Assembly: GCA_030264375.1 (NCBI GenBank)
Contig: JASCQW010000119.1
Span: forward strand, 10,414,781 to 10,478,780
Length of the DNA: 64,000 bases
Direction of reading: 5' to 3'
Source: Carcharhinus longimanus
Lineage: Eukaryota
Part shown: in pieces, positions 26,085-38,999 of the stretch
Layout: each line of letters opens with the position of its first letter
How positions within the stretch are numbered: position 1 is the first letter of the stretch
Translations under genes and position numbers: made by a program
Notes under the pieces: generated by a model
Told to the model about the DNA's origin: nothing
The model's input: the letters and a program-made list of their open reading frames with translations, nothing else
Databases searched by the model: none

Positions 26085-29000
26085 GTAGACGATTTACCAA
26101 TGTGGCGATTTAAAGTGTAAAAAAAAAGTTTCACAAGAGATGTTTCATATACTAGATTGTATGCTTTATGTTCTGATGAAGGAAATATTTTGAAAACTAT
26201 CTTATCCCTGATTTCATTGAAGGGGTATGTTTATGGATGCTTGAAATAATAATAAAAAAATGCCTGGGAGCGATTTTGGAGGTAGAAACAAAATATGATA
26301 GCCTACTGATGCCAAAACCAGCCAAGAAATCCCCTTGAACTCGAAGGATACCAGCTGTTTTTTTTTGTTTGTTTTCTCTTCACATAGTCTGCCCGACCTG
26401 CTGATTTGTTAAGATGCATTCCTTCTTTTGCCAACATTTATGCCAACCGTTAGCCCAAGAAAAACCTATGAAACGTTTTTGATAATTTAGATGTTAACAG
26501 AAATCTGTTCCACATTGGTGAATGGAAAGCTCATCAAGAGTAATGACTAATTTATTGTCTCCCACATTAAAACATATTTCCATTAATACTTTACTACCAA
26601 AAGAGTTATTACGATCAACTAGCCTCAGCAGAGCGGCTTTTGATGAGTCAATGTGGTAGAAATATTTTATCATGTGTTATCCATGTGGAGGATTAAGGAA
26701 CATATATTTCTCTTGCCCGAATGGTGTGACGAGAATGGGTAAATTCCGTGTACTACCATTGACACACATTAGAAAGAATTTGCACAAACCCTTTCAATCA
26801 GTTTGTGCTTATTAATTTTAAATGAATAAATGGCAAAATTTAGATTACACAATGTGTTCGAGATTGGACGTGCGCGATAATGCTGAAACATTTTTTTTAT
26901 ATCAGTTAACAATGGAGCCAAAGTGTCCTTTACGAGCTGAATCGCGAAATGGTCCTGCCGAACATGTCACTTTGTGCAGGCGTAAGGCTCCTCAGTTGTC
27001 TTTGATTAATCAAGCGCCAGACATGTTAGAAGCAAATACGTTAAAGGAACACTATGGTTGATGTTACTCTGGAACGAGTAATCCCATTTGCTGAAATCAA
27101 TACCAGTATTATAGGTATGCAAATCAGAGAAGAGCGCTTCGAAAGTATACAATGATTTGACGTCAATTGTTTATGGTGACATGAAAGTATACACGCTTAA
27201 AGCGTGAATAATTTCTGATTATTCAATAGACACTGTAGTGCCATGTTTTTGATCTTATGATATTGATTAAAAGGAGATAAACACATGCTGTTCAAATTGG
27301 AATCTCAGGGTTTACCAGTGTAGCCATAAACATAACAAAAATACAGTTAAAGAGTTTTACTGGTGGCCCGATTGATGTCAGCTCTGTTATGTTATCCATT
27401 CTATACAATTATCAATTTAGGAGGACTTGATCTTATGCTACAAAACAGAACATTCTAATACGCCAATGTAGAACTTGTTCTCTGCACCCTGTACTGTAGA
27501 CTCCATATGAGAGTAATGCATGTCCCCTTCTTTAAAAAGAATATCTACTTCAAAAAATAATTCAAGTATTCCATTATGTAAATGAATTACATCGGTGCAA
27601 GAAAAAAAAACAATTCGTGTGCACATTTGGGATTTTCACATAGCAAAAAGAGGGATGAATTCCTGTAAGAGGCAACTTTAATATCCAAATGCCAGATTTC
27701 AGAGGATGTATCACAAACAGCACGCCAGCATTACTTAGAGCAAACTATCACCCTCCAATCTGTCAAAGATTTACGAACAGAGATGCAGAAAAATCGCAGA
27801 GATGTGCAAATATTACAGAGTGTGAGTATTGGAGACTTCAGTAGCAAATATATTGATTGGCATCATCCTGCAGACAACGTTAATGGAGGGTCCACAATTG
27901 ATAACGTGTTAAGGAAAATTTACTTGACTTGAATTAACAGTTCAGTGAAAATTGACATCTTACACCATTCTCTATTAAAAGGCATCATTGTGACATGAGG
28001 TAAATTGTGACCATAACATCACAAAGTAGTAAAAGCTGAGAATGTTTATTGCAAACAAACAACATGGAAACTAGAGAAGCATAATGGAATGAAGACAGAC
28101 CTAACTTGGATGCAAATTGAATAAGTTGTTTAATGGAAATCATACATATAACATGGAATGGCATTGAAATTATAATAATAATAAATGTTTCATATGTTAT
28201 AAGGCAAATTGAAACAGGGCAAATTGTAAGAGATCATTTGTTTGGGGCCAGATCAGAAACTCCACGGTATAGTAAGAAGTTAGCATACACCCCCAGTTTT
28301 AATTGATGTTTCACATTAATATGTTCATAAAGAACTCTCTTCCAAGCATGATTCAGCAGGCAACTTTTGTTAAAACAAACTNNNNNNNNNNNNNNNNNNN
28401 NNNNNNNNNNNNNNNNNNNNNNNNNNNNNNNNNNNNNNNNNNNNNNNNNNNNNNNNNNNNNNNNNNNNNNNNNNNNNNNNNAAATCACATTAGTATACAG
28501 TTAACCAATTTAAATACGCAAGCATTGTGTGGTATAAATAACAACAACTATGTAATTCTATATATCTAATTTAAGCAACAACCCCACACACTTAAATTCT
28601 TCTTCAGAATCAATTAACAAACAGATATGGGCATGGTCATGCCAGATTTCCCTTGGGTAACTTCTTTGGGTAGTTGTAGCATGTCAACTGTCACCTAACT
28701 CCCATTCAACAATCTCACAAAATGCCGCATCCTATATCAACAGAATTTTAGGCAAAGGCACCTGTTTTCTGGCAGATCTACTTCCCCAGTATCTAGTGAC
28801 AGAATGAGAGACAATTTTATCTGGCTTGATTTATCTGTGCAAGTCTTGCCCGGCCAGGTCACATTACTTTACCTGTCAGTCAAACTAATCAGGTCCCATT
28901 CTGGAAAAAAATACTAAAAACAAGTGTGGTTGGCATAATTATATCTAACGATCAGTAATTAGGCACAATTCTGATCATGCAGTATTGTTGGTTGTAGAGA

Positions 29001-29399
29001 AATATACAACACAAATGCATAATACTAACTGCTAAGAACAATTGGTGACAGAAACATGACGCAAATGTATTTGTTTTAATGGCACAGTAATGTCACATAT
29101 TGGGTTACGTTGATAAACCATGGCCAAAGTAAACACACACACACACACATATTTTTGCAGAAGTGCAGACCAGAAATACATACATTAAATTGTAAAGGAA
29201 AAGAACAACAAAAAACACAACACCGGGACTTTGAGAACACAAAAAAAATGGACTGCAAAAATTAAACTCAAGCCAAATATTTTCCATCTAGAACTCAGCA
29301 GTAGTTACGAAATAGGGAAAACAAATGGATTAGAGTTAGGGCATGCAGGCTATTTTCTTTTCCTTCGACGTACAGAATAAGGACATACTATTTCATGCG

Positions 29400-30790
29400 T
29401 TTTTTCATCATTGAAACGTTCTCAGGAATAAGAATTTGACCTCACATTGGGATCAGCTGAAATGCGGCAACTATGGATGATATTGAAGTGATTACAACGT
29501 TTTTGGAATTGGATGGATATGTTTTGCTAAATAACCTCTGGCTTAGCACACATCTTGCGAAAGAACGTTCAGATGCTTTGCTACAATCTTTTGCATTAAT
29601 CATTGAATATTCTCCAGATATTAACGCTATGCAAGAAGATAGAACGTGGTGCATGTTACGCTTTTATTTCAGGAATTATGCATGAACATTTCTAATAACT
29701 ACACTACAGTTAGGCTGGCAAAATATAAGATTCAGGTTTGAACCCGTGATAATAGCAGCACACATGTCTCTGCTTACTGTGACTTTTAGCTTAAGAGGTG
29801 AGAGTATGAACTTAAAAAAAAACAGTCACTCTCTCTTAATGCAACTGACAATTTTAGATTGCCCAAGAAATACAGTTTTCAATGCAACGGATTCGACTTT
29901 ATTTATGGTCATTCCAACAAAATGCTTGTCGTCCGCTCGCATAAAGCAGTTACATTCATGCGGGAGGTACCATTTGAAGCCAATTAAGTTTAACAAAGTT
30001 TAATTCCGCGCAAAATGTCGAGATGATTTTTAGAGAAATCCGATTGGCTTTGTAAATATCCAAAGAATGACTTAAAAAAAGGTGGAAATGAACAAGGTGG
30101 ATGAGATCTTTATCAGTTTTCAGAAAAAAAAATCGACAGCTGTCTATCCCTAGTCCAGCGATCGCGGTTTTGGCCTAGTTTCGGGATAACGGGTTGAACA
30201 ACGTAAATGACGAGACATAAAGATGTGAAGAGCCCTTGCACTTTAAACCATTTCTCTACAAATGCCGCATCAAAACTCAGCATGATTTTGAAAACAAAAT
30301 CGGAATGCATTTCAGGATTCTTTTAATTACAACTTCACCATTCCTACCGCCGTTAAAAAAAATTCCCTCATCCTTTGAATCGCTCTCTGAAACGTTTAGA
30401 CAAAAATACATTTTATGATAGTTTCCTTCTTTAATGAAATGAACATCAATTGAAACAGTACTCAAATAAGTGGAAATGCTTTCTAAAAGTGGTGCCATAA
30501 CTTCATTGCATATTTTGCAATGTTTATCTACATAGGAATCTTGCAAAGCTTAATACTTTTTTTTGTGAAACAAGGGTTACAATTTTGCACCTTTGTCCAG
30601 AAATATATCTAGGTGGTCTCTTCAGCGACTGAATACACAATTCAACCAGCCATTATCCATTGTCTTTTCATGAGACTTCTAAAATCCATTGTTTAACAAT
30701 GTTCTTCCCCGAATTTCCTCAAATATGCCAAGCTCTCTGATGTTGCTACAATCCCGTAACAATTCGTTAACTATACATTAGGAATGTGCA
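29400..30790 (-). mobile_element. Highly decayed hAT (ZMYM1/Tip100-like) transposase
   Basis: Minus-strand fragments in the expected order: F-(stop)-KSHEKTMDNG (cf. FRGHDE..N.GNF), VSIDVHFIKEG..KMYFCL...DEGIF (cf. LSI.VRFV...E.FL.F), and KASERSFAR..SQRL (hAT dimerisation motif ERSFS). Confidence 0.55.
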
Positions 30791-31138
30791 TGCGTTTGAA
30801 GACTGGATGTTGTGTAGCTGAAAATGTGTTTCCTATCCCAGACTGATCATGGAGTAAGTGACTTTCTAGGCCATTGCAGAGATCATTTTGAGATTTAATC
30901 ACTTAGCCAAGGTCAGAAAAGTTAAGCAAGACAGCTGCTAACCCTGGTGGCTTATCATGTCATCTATTAAAGTTCTATCTCCCAAATTATGCACATTAAC
31001 TCACAATATTAAGCAGAATTCATTTTAAACAGCATCCATAGTTTGCACCTGAAAGCGGCTTACTCGTGCTTTACGGTGTCTCACCGTGTCCCTGTGCAAT
31101 GAAGCTTTATTATGCATTGTCTATGTTCTGATGTGCAG

Positions 31139-31174
31139 AAAACAATGGTAGAAAAACAGTTCTCGAAGGTTTAG
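31139..31174 (+). CDS. 36-nt coiled-coil micro-exon (ENNGRKTVLEGL)
   Basis: atgttctgatgtgcag|AAAACAAT...GAAGGTTTAG|gtaagc; flanks resemble those of the 24577 and 25625 exons. Confidence 0.82.
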   Translation, partial: KTMVEKQFSKV

Positions 31175-31763
31175 GTAAGCAAATCGCCCCTCTTTGCAAT
31201 ACTTAGTAAGTGCATCTTACATTTCGTTCAAATTGCAATTTCAAATAATTTGTATGACTTAATAGTTGACAATACCGACACTCATTGTAGAAAGGCAAGT
31301 GATAAATTGTTTTAGTAGAAAGCAAAAATGATGTATTCGAATATAAAGGGGCCTGAGCACCAACTGGTGCTTTTGGTAACAATTCTTTGCTGAAACCATC
31401 AGCAGTCCTGCCAGTCAAGATTATGAATCGACCTGTTCTACAGCCATTTGTGTTCGAATTATTATTTCTTCCACCTCAATCTGATTCGCAATGTTGAACG
31501 AGCAGTACAGAACACTGTCCCTCGTGGAAATGAAAAGTTCGATGAATTTCATGATTCTGATTGCTAATTTCTCCCCAACAGAAAATAAACTAAAATCAAA
31601 AGAAAAAGTAATCAATTTCACGATCACACAATCTAAAGTGACCGCTGTCTAACACCTGAGCCTTCATGCCCTGCATGTTATGAATACAAATTTGCTAAAG
31701 TATTTTCTTACAAATTAATGGCCGAGAAAAAAAAAGGCTCAAGATAGGTCTTATCGCAAGCAG

Positions 31764-31786
31764 CAGAGCGAGCTAGAGGGAGAAAG
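31764..31786 (+). pseudogene. Frameshifted paralog of the 27-nt exon
   Basis: cgcaagcag|CAGAGCGAGCTAGAGGGAGAAAG|gtaaat keeps GAGCTA and the GAGAAAG|gt end. The three possible acceptors give 26, 23 or 20 nt. Confidence 0.55.
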
Positions 31787-33399
31787 GTAAATTTTTCTAT
31801 TTCCGATTCTAATATGTCTAGAAGTACAAAGGTGAATCTTATTGAACTGAAAACATTTGACCTTTTTTATTTCACTTCAGCTGACCAACCCTCTGAGTTA
31901 TTCTGGCAGTCATTTTCATTGATTTATTTATTCGCTAACGGAGCGTGGGTTCGCTGGCTTGGCGGAGACCTATTGCCCTTCATTGTTTCCCCTTGTTGAC
32001 ATATCATTTATTAGGAAACATCAGTGATGACTGACTAGAGTAATATGTTTATCGCAAGAATTAACAACAGCAGAGTTCCCCCCTTAAAGAATAAAAAGTG
32101 AGCCAGAACGGCCTTTTTTCTGTCCAAATCTACATTTTTACAAGCAGATCCAAAAAATTAATTGCTTGGATTTTCCAGTCCACATTTACAATTTATGAGT
32201 TAAAAGGTGACCATCAGTAAGGGGGATTCGGGCCTAATTGCGTTAAGCATTTGTTTGTGTTTGCAGTTTATTACTCCAGTGAAGCTACGATTGCACGACT
32301 GACTCCAGTATTGCCAATATTTCTTTGTGTCTTCAGTTAGCGAAAGTACTCAGTTTGTTTAGTCAGCCAAAATGACTGCAGTTGCGCGGAGGGCGGCGGG
32401 TGGCGGGGGTGGTGGTAGACGGAGGGAAGTGAGTGTTGGGGGGAGGCGGGGCGCGGCGGTGTTGATCCTGACAAGCTTGCGGAGGTATTTTTTGGAAGAA
32501 ACACAGAGATGACTTTAGTTCGGCGAATGAAAAATATCAATTTATAACGTCTGCGGGCCATCATGCATTCAATTAATAAACAAGTGCGCAACATTTTCCA
32601 GGTTTTTGGTTTCCTTATTTTAAATCAGTAAATGACGCAGTTCCAATATTATGAGCACCTCATGAATTGTATTTGTTTGGGATTCGTGAGATGAATTGAG
32701 CCACGATGCATTACCATTACAAATGGAATTGGACATTGTTAACAGATGGAATTACGGAAACGTGCCATAGAACAATTTAATGCTGCAGTTGTAAGGCTAT
32801 TCAGTTCTCTTATATACATCCAGCAGAGACTTTTTTTTAAGCCAAATACATGAAACATTGTTATTGAGGTTACTACGGAATAAATGACCTATTTTGCGGG
32901 AAAAAAGAACATTATATTAACTGTGGCATATAAATGGGAGAAGAGTGTTTCGAACAGGTACTGTGATAGGAATTCGTACACTGATATGGAACATTCAAAC
33001 AGTCATTGAATTTTCGAAACCTGACGTATTGCACAAACTAAACAGGGTTCATTTTTTTCTTCATATTGTGATATTGCCTCAGATATAGAAGACAAATATA
33101 GCTGAATGTACACCTCTGAATGCTATGCCGCCGATCGTTGTAAAACTAATCGAAAAATTGGTACAAAACTCGATGGATGCCCAGTTCAAGTCACTTCATT
33201 TATGTTATCAGTGCCAATTAACATTTTATCAACTTAGAATCTCTAAACATAATAGAGTGCACAAGCCAGCAATAAATTTCAGGTTCATAAAGAATTTGTT
33301 CAACAAATTAAATGATCCACATGAGAGTTATGCATTCTTATATCAGCAAAACTGTTTCCATAACGCTAAGAAATGCACCTAATACAAATATGTGACATT

Positions 33400-34920
33400 G
33401 AAGCTGCATCACATCTTTGCTAAATACTCCATTGATCCATTCAGAATTCGATGAATTCCTAATCTCACATGACGAACCTTACAATAAAAAAAAGTTTTCA
33501 TATGCCTACCTCAAAGTAGAAAAAAAAGGACTTCTTGCTGCATTATAGCTACTCCAGATCTGTGAGGTAGAATTAGGAGCAAAACTGGAATGAAATCGTT
33601 GAGATGCGCTGGAAAGCAGATTGAAGATGATTTGGGGAATGAAAACAAATATATCGATTGCAATGGTGCGGCAGCAAAAGCTAAGTAGAGAGAGCAATTT
33701 ATAACATCCATTCAAGAAAAAAAAAACTTCACTAGAATTTCCCCTACTCAACGGGAAAATTTGTGCTTCAAAAACAACATTGAAAATAAAACTGGTTGAG
33801 CAGTAAAGCAAGTAATGGTCTGAAATGTGGCAATAATTGGTTATTGCAACGGAAAGTTTAGATTAGTAGTAGAAAAGTGACCAGACAATTTATTGTAACA
33901 TATTCAGAAGCTGGCAAAATATAATGGGACGGAAACAGGCAACAGGAATGAAATTGTACAAAACACCGACCAGCGATAGCATCAACGATTGACACTTCAA
34001 TGAGATAAACTGCAGAACCGGTGAAGCAAATTCCAACATGGCAAAATGTAAGGGATCGTTGGAATACAAAAAATATATAAGAATTATGATGAAAGTTTTT
34101 TTTTTAAGTGAAGTATACAAATGAATGCGAGGTGAACTTCAGAAATGAGAACATTAAAAAAAAGGTTTGATTGAACGGAGGATCGAAAAAGAAAACAGGA
34201 CTGGTAATGCGATCATGTCAAATTAAATGCAATTTAAAATAAAAGTAAAGCAATGCATGTTCCAGCGGACTTGAACAGTGATCGGTAAATACGAGATAAA
34301 TAGATTAGCTTTGCAAATAGAAGCCGGTCTGTTCTTCGATGTACAAAACAGATCGGATGCATAATTCGTTTTTTTGCATGTTGTCTGTGCTAATGACAAC
34401 AAATCTGAACAAATCCCTGCAGCAACAGAAATGTTGAACTGACCGATGTTTCGAAATCGAAAAAAAATGGTTTCCGAAAATGGAGCTAAATGTTTCAATA
34501 GATAAGCCCTCGAAAGTACTTGTCTCCAAAATTGCTGAAGATCAAAGAAATGATTTAGCAGATTGTACTGAATTAATCGTTCAATATCCTTTCCCTATAT
34601 GTGGACACTTTGACAGATGAAATAACCTAGACAATAAAACCGCTGAATTCGAGAAATGAATAACAGTCCTAACATCTGTAGCCGAGTTAGGTAGCAAGCG
34701 GGGAAGGTGTGAATTATTTTCTATGAGCATGTGGAAACTTCTCTCTATGAATAGGCCAGCTTTTGGTTTAAGATTTTTTTTTGCTTTTAATGAGAAAAGT
34801 CACAGTTTCTATTCAATGATGCTATTATGTTATACAAGGGGTAAGTTGTCCAAAAGCCATGCGCTGAAATTTGTACATTGGGATTGTGACAACATCATTG
34901 TTAAACTCTCACATGACGCC
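33400..34920 (+). mobile_element. Very decayed CR1-like LINE ORF2 fragment
   Basis: A-rich remnant with aaagtttttttt..aagt..at, gcagaaatgttgaac-like and gataagccc..g motifs in CR1 order. Confidence 0.5.
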
Positions 34921-35321
34921 NNNNNNNNNNCATGTTGTGTATGGACTTAAACCGAGTGGAAGGAAAGCGGATTAAACCAATCCCAAATATTTTGAAAAGC
35001 GTCAGGACGTTAGCTTAACTTTAATGGGTGTTTTCAATTGTGCAGGTGGAAATTTGGGTGATAATTTTACAAATCGTCAAGTTGGGCGAGAGCTTTTTTT
35101 TTGTTTCCCCCTGCTCTTTGTTGTTAATTGTCAGCGGCTGTATTTTTGTTGTCCAACGGGAATACAGGCTCGATCGGAATCACAGAATGTTATAGTATAT
35201 AAAGAAGCCCATCGAGTCTGCNNNNNNNNNNNNNNNNNNNNNNNNNNNNNNNNNNNNNNNNNNNNNNNNNNNNNNNNNNNNNNNNNNNNNNNNNNNNNNN
35301 NNNNNNNNNNNNNNNNNNNNN

Positions 35322-35415
35322 AACTCCACACAGACAGTGACCCGAGCCAGGAATTGAACCCAGGACCCTGGAGCTGTGAAGCAGCAGTGCTAACCACTCG
35401 GCTACCATGCCGCCC
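35322..35415 (-). mobile_element. HE1-type SINE 5' head (rest in gap)
   Basis: actccacacagacagtgacccgagccaggaattgaacccagg...gcagcagtgctaaccac...gccgccc. Confidence 0.9.
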
Positions 35416-35489
35416 AATTTGTTCGTCATTCGCTGGAGTGCTAATAATGCTAACATATTTTTCCTTTGCTGTTGGGACCAAATGATTCA

Positions 35490-36530
35490 TAGTATTCCAG
35501 TGCGTTGTAGCAAGTGATTTGTTTGTTTTAGCAACACCTTCTTATTGTTTATGCTCCTTTCCAGGTAAAACAACCGCGAAATTAAACGTGTCAGCACTAG
35601 CACTTGCTGAATATCCTTGCCAGTTCTTTGTTGTTTGATGCACCAGGGACAAGAATATTCCTGAGTTGTAGAGTGTTGTAGTATTTCTCCATTATAATAA
35701 AGTTCAGCTTGTTCATTTTTTCTATCAAGCCTATAACTTAACATGTCCCTCATTATGCTCGAATTTCCAAGCTTCGCTCAATCATTTACACTGTCCTTAT
35801 CACTCTGCAAACCCTTCATGCCATCTTCATCACTTGCCCTCCAGTCTATTTTAGTGTCACCCTCAAACTTAGCAATAGTACATTCATTTCCGTCGTCCAA
35901 GCCATCACAAAATGATATAAATAGTTATGGTTCCAACACTGGTACAATATCGTGCAAATCATTATGATTTCATTATTGATTTGTTTGCCGTTACACGGAT
36001 TACAGGCAACCATCCTGAAAGTGCCACTTTAACTCGATTCGCAGATTATTAACATGAGCCAATCTTCTGTCGAAAATTACCTACTACCCCAAAACCATAC
36101 CTAAATTTCACACTAAAAAATAATGCTTTCTGTGGTACCTTATTGGAAGTCATTTGTAAATAAAAGTTCATACCAGTTACTGGTTCCCGTTCGCCTGATC
36201 GTTACCATATCAATGATTTCTCAAAACACTGTCAGTTATAATTTCCTATCATGACGCCATGCTGACTCAGCTTGTTCACATCAAACATTTCTACAAACAC
36301 TGATATTGCATTTTTAAAATTACATCTAAAATATTGCCAATGCAAGGGAGAAGCAACTTGGTCTAGAGATACTTGTTTTTTATTTTCCTTTTTGAATATG
36401 ATTTTGGCATTTGATCATTTCCTACCCTCTGAGATATATCCAAAATTTTAGAATTCTTGAATGATTACAATCAGCATTTCCGTAATTATTGGCTTTAATC
36501 TCCTGTGATGCAACACGTTTGTTCCATATA
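35490..36530 (-). mobile_element. Decayed CR1 RT fragment
   Basis: tttagtgtcaccctcaaacttagcaat (KF.DDTK-like on the minus strand) and gccatgctgact motifs. Confidence 0.65.
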
Positions 36531-37344
36531 AATAGAACGGTGTAGAAACAAGTTAGAAGTTATGAGTCTTGAGCTGATTAACTCACACCCAGAGGCTGTA
36601 ATTTAGTCACCCATCCAAATGTCCAAGTCTGGAATGTGATTAATTTCTGTTTACTTGTCTGAGTGAGTAGAGCTCTTACAACATTTAAGAAGATAGTCAC
36701 TTCTACGGAAAATTCACTCTGCTTAATTTGCACCGCAGAAACTGTCATTCACTCTTATCATAACTGAACGAACCAAAACCACATGTGTAACATTCAGAGG
36801 ATTCAGTATACAAATTCACAAATTCTGCTTTTTGGTACATTTTAAACGAAGGTGTGGGAAGTTCTAGCAAACACCATGAATGTTGACATGTTTTTCTTTT
36901 GTTTTGTTATTCTGATTTGCAGCCAAAATGAAGGAAGTTGGTGAACATATAAAACAGTGGTGTACTCCCAAACGTTAGGGTTGAGTTGTCATCTTATTCC
37001 CTCTGCAGCAACATTGGCAACTGCTTCAAGGCATAAAACAAGGACCATGTATTTATGCCATATGTGTGGAAACGGAAAATGGTGAGGTCTCCAGTTGGAA
37101 ATAATTACAGCAAGTTTATTACACAGCACTAATGTGCAACTCTCCACTGTCTGATATCAGGCCTGGAATCTAGCCCTTAGCTGATTGTTTAACTTTATAT
37201 ATTAATAAGCCATACACAAATTCTTACAGATTCCGTGTAAAAAAAATAATGAACATCTGCAATGACCTCAGACAACAGTTACTATCTGCCATGAATGCAA
37301 CATGTTTATTGTCCAGCTATCAAGTTGTCGTCTACGTTCGGTGG

Positions 37345-38224
37345 TGTTACGAAGGGGTGGGTAATCTCCTGTCTGAGAACTAACACGCAACCACTCAAAG
37401 ATAAGTCAATCTCTTTTATAGCATTTAAAATAAAAGTGAGAAATGGTAAAATCTGCTTACAGCAACGTTTAGAGATTAAATCAAAAATAACTCCATGAGA
37501 CAGTTCTTCAAAGAAACAAGTTAAGCATTACTTTCTAAACAACAGTGAACATGTCAGATAAACTATTAACAAACAATAAAATACTATTTCATTGGAATAC
37601 TATTTAGATAATTACAACTCATATTTATTGACAAATAGAAAAAATACATAATTTTTACAGTCACTCTCAAATATCAATCAGGTTTGTAGTCTCCTTGGAG
37701 CATTCTTTCAACTGTGCTGCTGTGTTTGTTCCCTTCTGAAATAGAATTAGGTTTTCTTCAAATGTGGGTTTTACACTGGCTACAGAGTTGTCTGTCTGTA
37801 TCTCTCTGTCTAGCTGTTAGATGTGCCAAGCTGCTGGAAAGCAGCCTTCTTGTGGTTTTGCGGCCATGGATTTAAGAGTGGTTTAATATTCCCCTTGACA
37901 TATGAAGAGCCCCCACTAAAGGATTGGTTTACAGGTACACAAATCAATAAATGCAAATTTGATCGGCTGGTGAGGTTCAAAAGTTTACTTTAAATTGAAT
38001 GTTTAATATTCAAAAATATGTTTGGATTCAAATGCTCAGCAAACAGCAAACCTGTTGGTTTTCCTCCCAAAACAATGATTTAATCTGTACTGGATTTTTT
38101 TTTTTACTTGCAGTTTCCCAGCGCACAGAGAAAGCAAGAAAAAAAAACCAGATTTTTTTGCAACTTTTAGCATTTTAGCAATATGTATTATGGTTATAAT
38201 TTTACAAACAACAACTTGACAACA
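37345..38224. mobile_element. Probable solo LTR (~880 bp)
   Basis: Begins TGTTACG and ends ACAACA, flanked by gtgg/gtga (near-perfect 4-bp TSD); non-coding interior. Confidence 0.5.
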
Positions 38225-38723
38225 GTGAGACTGTGAGAAGTTTTGTTGTGTTTTTTTTCTGTCTCCTGTTATTTGGCCTTACACTGCCTCACCATCTTAC
38301 CTCGAAGATTTGGTATATGTCTGGCGCCCTATGACTGACATGGCACCCTCTGTGTCAACATCAATCAGATGCATCTGTGCCTGAGGATGTATATTGTATT
38401 TTTTTAATGGTTCTATTTGAATAATTGTCTATTAGGCATCTCCACATCGTATCGTATCATCATGTCTGTATGCACTTGTGCAATAGTATTTTGTCGTGTA
38501 CCCGTGTCTTCAGTTCGTGATGCAGATACTGCATTTTTCGACAGAGACTTAACACTCTACACAATTTTGCTGCTGTGTTGCTGCTGAGAAATCAAATTCC
38601 TGCTTTTGATTTGGATATGATAAATTTCCATCCAGAAAGCGATGGGAGGGTGTGGGGGGGGGGGGGGGTGGGGGAGGGCAAATACTCATCCCATCCCCCA
38701 TCCCGCCCTGTCGAGTGCAACTA

Positions 38724-38771
<48 letters not shown>

Positions 38772-38772
38772 A
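38724..38772. repeat. Compound (CT)n(CA)n microsatellite
   Basis: Direct reading; a poly-G tract precedes it at ~38654-38668. Confidence 0.95.
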
Positions 38773-38999
38773 CGCATTTGGCAGTTGGGTATAAAGACTT
38801 TCTGTGTTGTGACATGATGATTGAGTATGATGCTTCAGAAAATTCATTTGTAGAATAACACCTCAGATGAGTTCCACTGAGCTTCCTGGAGGTCCGTGTT
38901 GTGGACAGCAGGATTCAGCGTAGTGTGGGCAAGACGTTTCTTGAATTTCTCCACAAGCCCCATTGTCCTCAATTTTGGGGACTGTTTTCAGATACGATG

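Noticed and set aside
23700-31200. Regularly recurring short similar sequences as a CRISPR-like array
   Set aside because: Eukaryotic DNA; the recurrences are splice-site-bounded paralogous exons hundreds of bp apart.
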